DNA of 64,000 bases from positions 82,529 through 146,528 of the forward strand of contig JABIFP010000020.1 in NCBI GenBank assembly GCA_018650645.1, written 5' to 3'. Below are positions 37,808 to 44,409 of this stretch, in pieces; positions within the stretch are counted from its first letter, which is position 1; every line of letters starts with the position of its first letter. Below the pieces are notes generated by a model that was not told where the DNA came from, searched no databases, and saw nothing but the letters and a program-made list of their open reading frames with translations. The position numbers were made by a program, and so were the translations under genes. Source of the DNA: Candidatus Magasanikiibacteriota bacterium. GTDB lineage: Bacteria > Patescibacteriota > Patescibacteriia > Magasanikbacterales > UBA922.

Positions 37808-38884
37808 CTACTTTTTTATTGCTTTGCTCACAAGCTTTCGCACCGCTGCAGGAGAAGCGATTGGAATAGCTTTTGAGAGCCCATCAGTAAGCTTCTTAGC
37901 CTGCGGAGCACTCCAATGCAGTACATCGAGCAATTGATTTGTAACTGTTTCTTGTGGCGCTTCTTCATCGAGCACAATTGCGCCACCAAATGTATCAATA
38001 TGTGCAGCATTCTTTTGCTGATGTCCTGCTTTTGGAATGAGGAGCGTTAATTTTTTTAGCGCAGAAAGTTCTGTTAATGTACCAAACCCGGCCCTTGAAA
38101 CAACAATATCTGCAGCAGCTAATATATCTGGCAATTCTTCTGAAACAAATGGAATATGATGATACCAATCACAGGCAGCTTCAAGTGCAGCGAGCTCTTT
38201 ATGTGCACGTTTTTGCCCAGAAAGATGGATGATTTGCGCTTCGCCTTTTAACACCGGAACCGCTTCTTTTATAAACGTATTTATTTTTTCTGCACCCGTT
38301 CCACCGCCCAAAGCAAGGACCACCTTTTCTTTTGAAACAATACCGGCAAAATCTTTTCCCTTCTTAGCACTTCCCTTTTGGATCGCTACTCGTACGGGGT
38401 TTCCCAGCACTACTGGTGAATAGGCTTCAAATGCTACAGCAGACGCAGCTGTTGCCGCACTTACAACCGTTGCCCACCGTGCCATGATGGTATTTGCAAG
38501 CCCCGCTTCAATATCTTGCTGATGTACTATTGTTGAAATTTTCAGCAGTTTTGCAGCCACATGCACCGGAACAGATACAAATCCCCCAGTTGTAATACAT
38601 AGTGCGGGTTTATGTTTTTTCAATAATCGAATCGATTGAAGCACACCAATACCAAACCGAATAGCATCAGTAAACGTACGAAGTGACACGTATCTTCGGA
38701 GCTTCCCTGCTTGAATAGACGCAAATGGTATTCTGGCTTCTTTTACTAGCTGACACTCTGGTCCAGATCTTGTGCCAATCCAAAAAAAATCGTATTGATC
38801 TTTTGGTAGCGCCTCTGCCATAGCTAAAAGTGGCGTCACTGGCCCAAGCGTATATCCCCCAGAAAATAAAATCGTTTGTTTCAT
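37808..38884 (-). CDS. murG: Undecaprenyldiphospho-muramoylpentapeptide beta-N-acetylglucosaminyltransferase
   Basis: ILFSGGYTLGPVTPLLAMAEAL N-terminal G-loop; GT28 architecture; ~358 aa; adjacent to ftsW. Confidence 0.85.
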   Translation of the reverse strand: MKQTILFSGGYTLGPVTPLLAMAEALPKDQYDFFWIGTRSGPECQLVKEARIPFASIQAGKLRRYVSLRTFTDAIRFGIGVLQSIRLLKKHKPALCITTGGFVSVPVHVAAKLLKISTIVHQQDIEAGLANTIMARWATVVSAATAASAVAFEAYSPVVLGNPVRVAIQKGSAKKGKDFAGIVSKEKVVLALGGGTGAEKINTFIKEAVPVLKGEAQIIHLSGQKRAHKELAALEAACDWYHHIPFVSEELPDILAAADIVVSRAGFGTLTELSALKKLTLLIPKAGHQQKNAAHIDTFGGAIVLDEEAPQETVTNQLLDVLHWSAPQAKKLTDGLSKAIPIASPAAVRKLVSKAIKK

Positions 38885-38885
38885 A

Positions 38886-39980
38886 TTATGTTTGCTTACT
38901 CACATTAACTACAAGCCCAGCTGCTAATAAAGCAACCATCAGCGCCGTTCCTCCGTGCGAAACAAATGGTAGTGGGACTCCGGTCATTGGCATAATGCCA
39001 AGCATGGAACCGATGTTGAAAAAGGATTGAGAAATAAACCAAATGATAACCCCAAGCACCAGAATGCGCCCAAAATCATCAGCATGTTTTGCAATACATA
39101 TTGCTCGCCTTGCTATGATGAGTAAAAACACAATCATGAGCGAAGAAATAATAACACCCATTTCTTCTGCAATGATAGCAAAAATACTATCTGCGTGCAC
39201 CTCTGGTAAATACGCATGCTTTTGCCTTGAGTGCCCCAAACCGCGGCCCATCCATCCTCCAGAACCAACCGCTACTTGCGCCTGCAAAATATGATACCCA
39301 GAAGTATCTAAATGCTCATTTGGATTTAAAAAGGTTGTTAACCGCTCGGCTCTATATGGTGCAATGATAATAAGCACCGCCAGTGCGGCTATGGCTAACC
39401 CAAATAGTGCCGAAAGATGACTCATTTTTGATCCTGCTACAAACAGTACACCAAAACAAATCGCAAACATAATTGCCGCAGAACCCAAATCTGGCTGGAG
39501 GAGAATAAGCCCCACAGGAAGTAATCCTAAAAGCAATATCGGTAAAAATCCATGTTTAAAATCCTTTATTTTTGGACCGATTTTTGCGCCATACCATGCA
39601 AGCGCAAGAATCATGCCAACCTTTGCAAGCTCAGCAGGCTGAAAAGAAAATCCAAATAATGAAATCCAGCTTTGCGCTCTAGTACCATAATCTGCTCCAA
39701 TTCCTGGGATGAGGACGAGTGCCAGCAATAAAAACGAAAGCCCCGCAAACACCGGCGCGTACTTCTGTAATTTTTTATACGGAAATTTAGAGGCAATCAC
39801 AAACAGTACTACCCCCGGAATAGCACCAAATAGTATCTGCCGCGTAATGAAGAAAAACGGATTATCAAATCGATTTACAGAACTCGCTGACGTAAGCATG
39901 ACAAGCCCAAACAACAGAAACAAAAAAATATACGATAAAAACGTATAATCAGTTCCTTTTGATTGCGCTCTTTGAGTCAT
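38886..39980 (-). CDS. ftsW: SEDS-family peptidoglycan glycosyltransferase FtsW/RodA
   Basis: 10-TM protein with the conserved C-terminal PFVSHGGTALM motif. Confidence 0.85.
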   Translation of the reverse strand: MTQRAQSKGTDYTFLSYIFLFLLFGLVMLTSASSVNRFDNPFFFITRQILFGAIPGVVLFVIASKFPYKKLQKYAPVFAGLSFLLLALVLIPGIGADYGTRAQSWISLFGFSFQPAELAKVGMILALAWYGAKIGPKIKDFKHGFLPILLLGLLPVGLILLQPDLGSAAIMFAICFGVLFVAGSKMSHLSALFGLAIAALAVLIIIAPYRAERLTTFLNPNEHLDTSGYHILQAQVAVGSGGWMGRGLGHSRQKHAYLPEVHADSIFAIIAEEMGVIISSLMIVFLLIIARRAICIAKHADDFGRILVLGVIIWFISQSFFNIGSMLGIMPMTGVPLPFVSHGGTALMVALLAAGLVVNVSKQT

Positions 39981-39981
39981 A

Positions 39982-40338
39982 TTATACGTTCAAAAAGACC
40001 AGAAGCAATGAAATAATGAGAACGAACAGTTGGCACAGTGCTGCCCCAAAAAGGAGGACATATGAGGCAAATCGATCCTTTTGAAATAATTCTGCTGCAA
40101 AATAGGTGTTAAGCCCGATTATGAGTATCCCCACCGCGGGAAGTACAAATACGGTATGCCAGGCACCTGTAAGATCTACCCCAAATAGGACGGTATAGTG
40201 TAAAAATAAGGCCTCTTCTGTTGGGCGAATATGCCAAAGCAGCCATCCCCAGGCAAAAAGGTTGCAAAGCGATGCGATTCCAACTAAAATAATCACCTGT
40301 GGCCGCCGAAAAAAGAGTTTCACGTTAGAAAGTTGCAT
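39982..40338 (-). CDS. Small membrane protein (3 TM), unknown function
   Basis: Hydrophobic segments; 1-nt gap to ftsW. Confidence 0.4.
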   Translation of the reverse strand: MQLSNVKLFFRRPQVIILVGIASLCNLFAWGWLLWHIRPTEEALFLHYTVLFGVDLTGAWHTVFVLPAVGILIIGLNTYFAAELFQKDRFASYVLLFGAALCQLFVLIISLLLVFLNV

Positions 40339-40401
40339 GAGTGTACAAAATTAGCCAATTCTTGCTAAATATCCCTGTTATTATACTCCACAGCGCTCTT
40401 C

Positions 40402-40430
40402 TTGACAACATCGGCTCTAGAGCGTATAAT
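40402..40430 (+). promoter_or_regulatory. Consensus sigma70 promoter TTGACA, 17-nt spacer, TATAAT upstream of rpmA
   Basis: Exact -35 and -10 hexamers with a 17-nt spacer, about 70 nt upstream of the rpmA ATG. Confidence 0.6.
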
Positions 40431-40499
40431 GGCCCCACTATCGCAGGCTTACCTTAATCTGGTTTGCTCCTGTGCACCATTTCTATTAATTGAGAAGAT

Positions 40500-40775
40500 A
40501 TGGCTCATAAAAAAGCCGGTGGTTCAGCGAAGAGCTTACGCGACTCGAATCCACAGTACCTTGGTACCAAAGTTGGTGACGGACAAACTGTTCGCGCTGG
40601 AATGGTGCTTGTACGACAACGTGGTACAAAAATCCGCCCGGGACAAAATGTAAAAAAAGGAAAAGACGATACCCTTTATGCTGGAACAGCTGGAGTGGTA
40701 AAGTTCAGCAGTAAAAAGATGCGTCGATTTGACGGACGCCTCAAAATGGCAACATTTGCAAACATCGAAGCGTAA
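40500..40775 (+). CDS. rpmA: 50S ribosomal protein L27 (stand-alone, no adjacent rplU)
   Basis: [30 protein letters not shown]-terminus. Confidence 0.9.
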   Translation: MAHKKAGGSAKSLRDSNPQYLGTKVGDGQTVRAGMVLVRQRGTKIRPGQNVKKGKDDTLYAGTAGVVKFSSKKMRRFDGRLKMATFANIEA

Positions 40776-40784
40776 GCTTTGTAG

Positions 40785-40816
40785 AAAAACTACTCGTATG
40801 AGTGGTTTTTTTGTTG
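40785..40816 (+). terminator. Intrinsic terminator after rpmA (A-run, ACTACTC-GTAT-GAGTGGT, T7), copy 1 of a 32-bp direct repeat
   Basis: Hairpin plus TTTTTTT. The identical 32-mer recurs at 41809..41840. Confidence 0.6.
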
Positions 40817-40870
40817 TGCTTGTAAAAAATCTTTGATATGATATGGGTATTATTTCACTAATGCATCTTT

Positions 40871-41794
40871 ATGGAAGGAATTGTTCGCGAACAGCCCAAG
40901 GCACCACTTAGCCTGGAACAGCTTCAAGGAAAGACAGGATATGAGTTAAAGGGCCTTGCTACTGAGCACAAAGAAAATCCTGCGAATCTCTTCTGGCAAT
41001 TAGTTGCAGCCTCAGATGAATCTTCACTACACCGCAGATTTCCTCTTTCACTAATGGAACACGCAACACATTTGCTTCCCGACGGAAAAAAAGTTTCTGG
41101 GTTTGGAAATAATGACAGCGCAAGAAGAGCCTATTCTGAATTGCTTGATCGGGCCATGCCTGGTTCTGGTCACGATACAAAAAGTATTAGAGCTGAGGAT
41201 CCAAATCATTTTCCAGGTGATCAAAAATACTTGCCCCGATTAGGTAAATATACAAGAACTGAGCAGTTATTTGCAGGAAATCTAGTGTGGACTAGCAAAG
41301 CCCAAGATTTACGTGCGAGAGCCAATATTAAGCGAGGTACTGATACTGCCTCTGCTGCGGAAAAACTGGCAGCACAAGCTGAAAGCAATATACAAGAAAT
41401 AGATGAAACTCTTGGTACAGATGCAGGATCCTCCATTACGCAAGCCCTTGCAAAAGCTACTGAGCTTGCAGTATCACCGCGCAGTGAGCGAGACGTGATA
41501 CAGGCAAGCAGAATATTTGAGCATATTTCTCATACACTGACAGGGGCAATCAATTCTGACTTTGATTACGATGCTGCCCCGGGAACAACTCTCAAAAAGC
41601 ACCCTAAAGATCAGCTGAAAGACGCACTGTCAAAAGAGTGGCTTACTCAAGCCTCTGCTGGAACTACACAGACTGAACAATTACATTCAGCGGCTGAGAT
41701 AAGAGATGCACTGTTTGTCCTTGCAAAAGCACTTGACCAAAGAAGCCTTCAAGGACGAGATGGATTAACAGCTGAAATTGAACAAGCTACATAG
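40871..41794 (+). CDS. Hypothetical soluble protein (307 aa, hydrophilic, no TM or signal peptide), bracketed by the duplicated terminator
   Basis: Complete ORF. Composition slightly more G+C-rich than the host by eye. No recognisable motif. Confidence 0.5.
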   Translation: MEGIVREQPKAPLSLEQLQGKTGYELKGLATEHKENPANLFWQLVAASDESSLHRRFPLSLMEHATHLLPDGKKVSGFGNNDSARRAYSELLDRAMPGSGHDTKSIRAEDPNHFPGDQKYLPRLGKYTRTEQLFAGNLVWTSKAQDLRARANIKRGTDTASAAEKLAAQAESNIQEIDETLGTDAGSSITQALAKATELAVSPRSERDVIQASRIFEHISHTLTGAINSDFDYDAAPGTTLKKHPKDQLKDALSKEWLTQASAGTTQTEQLHSAAEIRDALFVLAKALDQRSLQGRDGLTAEIEQAT

Positions 41795-41808
41795 TCTTCA
41801 CAGATTCA

Positions 41809-41840
41809 AAAAACTACTCGTATGAGTGGTTTTTTTGTTG
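41809..41840 (+). terminator. Second copy of the 32-bp rpmA terminator (direct repeat) after the 307-aa gene
   Basis: AAAAACTACTCGTATGAGTGGTTTTTTTGTTG identical to 40785..40816. Confidence 0.6.
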
Positions 41841-41869
41841 ACAGAAACAGTAAATAGCCGTAGAGTCTA

Positions 41870-42295
41870 GTGAAACACGAACTCTTGAGGGATTCCATGC
41901 GAAATGTGCTATGGACGGCTCTCTTGATTGCCGTCTTTCGATTTGTGACGTATTCACAAGACCTACCTGAGGTACTGTTCTTTGCGGCTTCCTTTGTGGT
42001 CGTCATGCAGAGGATCCTCTATGAGGTGCAGCGCTCGGCAGAGTCGAAGAAGTATCAACGGTGGGCCATCATTGGTAGCTGGTATGTTCAAAACATCAGC
42101 GCCATGGCGGTGATCCTGGCGGCGATCGCCGGGCTCGGACACTGGGTGAACTTTGTGGACGGCCGATCGAACAGTGAACCCGACCCCGTGCCGCTCGCGC
42201 TGCTACTCCTGCTGTGCGTCGTCGGCCTGGCAGGCTTTCTGTCACTCGACCCAACCAACCCAACCAGCCACCTCGGTGGCAAGGAGGACAACTAG
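41870..42295 (+). CDS. Compositionally foreign (high-G+C) small 4-TM membrane protein; start is GTG 41870 or ATG 41897
   Basis: G+C-rich codons; four hydrophobic helices. GAGGGA precedes ATG 41897 by 4 nt. Own terminator directly after the stop. Confidence 0.5.
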   Translation: MKHELLRDSMRNVLWTALLIAVFRFVTYSQDLPEVLFFAASFVVVMQRILYEVQRSAESKKYQRWAIIGSWYVQNISAMAVILAAIAGLGHWVNFVDGRSNSEPDPVPLALLLLLCVVGLAGFLSLDPTNPTSHLGGKEDN

Positions 42296-42296
42296 T

Positions 42297-42324
42297 GGGC
42301 CGCGCATGCGGTCCTTTTGCTTTT
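42297..42324 (+). terminator. Intrinsic terminator GGGCCGC-GCAT-GCGGTCC followed by TTTTGCTTTT
   Basis: 7-bp stem with one G-U pair, tetraloop, and a T-rich tract immediately after the stop at 42295. Confidence 0.55.
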
Positions 42325-42342
42325 ACGCTATACTATAGTCCT

Positions 42343-42798
42343 ATGAAATATTATATCCTTCTTTTAGCCATTTTCTTTACCTTTGGGTTTGGCTGTACAA
42401 AAACAGTAGCACCAACATATACACCTCCTGAGGGACAGGTGCACATTGATCCGCAAGAACAGGTAACGCTGGAAGGTTACCTTTCAGCATCCAACCAAGC
42501 AGCAGGAAAAACGCTCACTATTGATGAAGTACAAGTATCAAAGCATGCGTGGATTGCTATTTATGCTTCTGATAAAAACAGACCCGGCAAAATATTGGTA
42601 GCGACAGCCGTGTCCCCTGCTGACCGTGGTCCCGTTGCTATTGCATTACCAAACTCTTCAACCGTTGGCGAAATGTACTATATTCTCTTGCATGAAAGCG
42701 GCAGTGAACCAGGATTCAACTTTATGGAAGACGATTTTCCGAGTGATGCGACGAAAGCTACCAGTGTAGAGATTGTTGACAAGAATACACAAATATGA
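42343..42798 (+). CDS. Lipoprotein (signal peptide with lipobox ...FGFGC), unknown function
   Basis: MKYYILLLAIFFTFGFGCTK N-terminus. The supplied ORF 42214..42798 starts upstream inside the foreign gene; the ATG at 42343 gives a canonical lipoprotein signal. Confidence 0.55.
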   Translation: MKYYILLLAIFFTFGFGCTKTVAPTYTPPEGQVHIDPQEQVTLEGYLSASNQAAGKTLTIDEVQVSKHAWIAIYASDKNRPGKILVATAVSPADRGPVAIALPNSSTVGEMYYILLHESGSEPGFNFMEDDFPSDATKATSVEIVDKNTQI

Positions 42799-43107
42799 GA
42801 ACCTGTTCAGCAGGTGGGACCATTAACTCACACAGGGAGAGTAATTCAAGGAAACGCCTGCGGGAGAATTTCGCTTTTTAGAAACCCAAGGGTGACTAAA
42901 GCCTGTAAAGGTATAGCGAGAGAGCCTGGAGATTGGCGTCTAGCTCTAGAAAAGAGCATGCAGGTGAAAACCTGTAAGGTCGATGCGGTGAAATACCTCT
43001 CGGCGCATAAGATCTCCTTGCTTTAATCCTTCGAATAGGCCGGTTCGATGCCGGATGGTCCCCAATTCCCTTCCCCAGGTAGCTTGTGCTACCTGGGGAA
43101 TTTTTAT
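42799..43107 (+). ncRNA. Structured, probably non-coding ~300-nt region between the lipoprotein stop and a double terminator; candidate sRNA or structured 3'UTR of unknown family
   Basis: Multiple clean hairpins (CAGG-TGAAAA-CCTG; ATGCG...CGCAT; CCGG-TTCGATG-CCGG; 11-bp CCCCAGGTAGC-TTGT-GCTACCTGGGG). G+C above the flanks. The only ORF here (70 aa) shows no coding signal. Motifs GGAAACGCCTGCGGG and AGGTGAAAACCTGTAAGG faintly recall RNase-P-type elements, but no P4 strand is present. Confidence 0.3.
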
Positions 43108-43113
43108 ACCTCA

Positions 43114-43148
43114 TAAAAAACATCCGGTTTATCCGGATGCTTTTTATT
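43114..43148. terminator. Bidirectional intrinsic terminator (CATCCGG-TTTA-TCCGGATG flanked by A6 and T-run), preceded by a second plus-strand terminator hairpin at 43073..43107
   Basis: Perfect 7-bp stem; CTTTTTATT follows on the plus strand and a T-run follows on the minus strand. It serves the plus-strand RNA and the convergent minus-strand gene. Confidence 0.6.
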
Positions 43149-43166
43149 CCACTTTTTTTATGGTTT

Positions 43167-43541
43167 TTATTTTCTTTTAGAAGTCGACTTCTTTTGTGTT
43201 GTTTTTTTTGCCGAAGAATTTTTTTTCCGGCTTATTGTATTTTTTACTTTTTTTTCTAATTTACTGGCCAGTTTTCCAACAATAAACTTCTCAACCAGCC
43301 CGGTCATCATGGAGCTCATAACGCCCATGTTTTTGGAAACACCATCTACCTTTCCTCTCATATACTGAACGGCTTCATTGATGAGTTCAAGTTTGTGCGT
43401 GAGTGATTCTACAATGCGATTCGCGTTCTTCAAAATTCTTGCGGCTTCAAATAAAAGCCAGCAGAGAAATACTGTGAAAAATAGCACACACAGTGCAAGA
43501 GCAACGTACAACACGTCTTGACTCGAACTTACAATGTCCAT
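43167..43541 (-). CDS. Small protein with N-terminal TM helix, coiled-coil middle and Lys-rich C-terminal tail; unknown
   Basis: 124 aa; VLYVALALCVLFFTVFLCWLLF TM; C-terminus KKNSSAKKTTQKKSTSKRK. Confidence 0.4.
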   Translation of the reverse strand: MDIVSSSQDVLYVALALCVLFFTVFLCWLLFEAARILKNANRIVESLTHKLELINEAVQYMRGKVDGVSKNMGVMSSMMTGLVEKFIVGKLASKLEKKVKNTISRKKNSSAKKTTQKKSTSKRK

Positions 43542-43659
43542 AGGTCTCCTTTATAATAACAAGCGCTGTGAGTATATCATAGTTGTATACATCTGTGAAA
43601 TCTATAGACAGACCCATCTCTGCTTGCTACCATGAATATACTATTCTTATATATTCGAT

Positions 43660-44355
43660 ATGAAACATATTGTACTCCTTCTTGCTCTTGTCCTTATGGG
43701 GATGGGATGCCTATCTTCCGCAGAAACGCCCGCATCAGACACCATTAACAGCGCAACACTTCCTGTTAATGCTCAGCCGATGGCTTCTTCTACAGAAACA
43801 CCCCGACCAATAGAAGAACCAATTCCATCTGAACCCCCAACTTCTCCTCCACAAGACTTACCCGCAACACCAGTAGCTCCACCGCAAACAGGCTGCACAG
43901 AAGAAGCAAAAATGTGTGAAGATGGTACAGTGGTTGTCAGAACTGGACCAAATTGTGAATTTGAAGCCTGCCAAGATACACCTATACGTGCTTGCACTGA
44001 CGACCAACAATTCTGCGCTGATGATTCAGTACGCCCAAGAAACTTTGAAACCTGCGAATGGCTCGATTGCCCAGAAGAAGTTACGGTATCTATTTCTGTC
44101 ACAGCAAAAAATTGGGAATTTGTACCCGCACAAATCGAGGTTGAAAAAGGAAACACGGTAGAACTAAGCATCACCAGTATTGACGTTGATCACAGCTTTG
44201 CTCTTCCAGCGTTTGGTATTAATACAAAGCTCAGTCCAAACCAAACGTCAGTAGTCACCTTTACTGCTGATAAAACCGGCTCATTTCCATTTTCTTGCAA
44301 AGTCTTTTGCGGAGAAGGACATAAAGGAATGAATGGTGTGCTGATTGTAAAATAG
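43660..44355 (+). CDS. Secreted cupredoxin-domain protein with CuA-type ligand pattern (H...C-x3-C-G-x2-H-x2-M) and a Cys-rich N-terminal region
   Basis: Signal peptide. C-terminal HSFALP...FSCKVFCGEGHKGM matches the CuA site pattern of COX-II/NosZ-type cupredoxins. Eight Cys lie in the preceding ~70 aa. Confidence 0.55.
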   Translation: MKHIVLLLALVLMGMGCLSSAETPASDTINSATLPVNAQPMASSTETPRPIEEPIPSEPPTSPPQDLPATPVAPPQTGCTEEAKMCEDGTVVVRTGPNCEFEACQDTPIRACTDDQQFCADDSVRPRNFETCEWLDCPEEVTVSISVTAKNWEFVPAQIEVEKGNTVELSITSIDVDHSFALPAFGINTKLSPNQTSVVTFTADKTGSFPFSCKVFCGEGHKGMNGVLIVK

Positions 44356-44362
44356 CGCATAT

Positions 44363-44397
44363 AAAAAAAGAGACCCACAACAAAGGTCTCTTTTTAT
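44363..44397. terminator. Bidirectional intrinsic terminator between the cupredoxin gene and pheT
   Basis: AAAAAAAGAGACC-CACAACAAA-GGTCTCTTTTTATT. Confidence 0.6.
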
Positions 44398-44409
44398 TAC
44401 GTTCATTCT

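Noticed and set aside
42814-43026. 70-aa ORF in the structured 42.8-43.1 kb region; possible tmRNA tag frame ending ...KISLL*
   Set aside because: No resume-codon or acceptor-stem context; the tag would not end in the usual Ala-Ala; the region looks like folded RNA rather than coding sequence.
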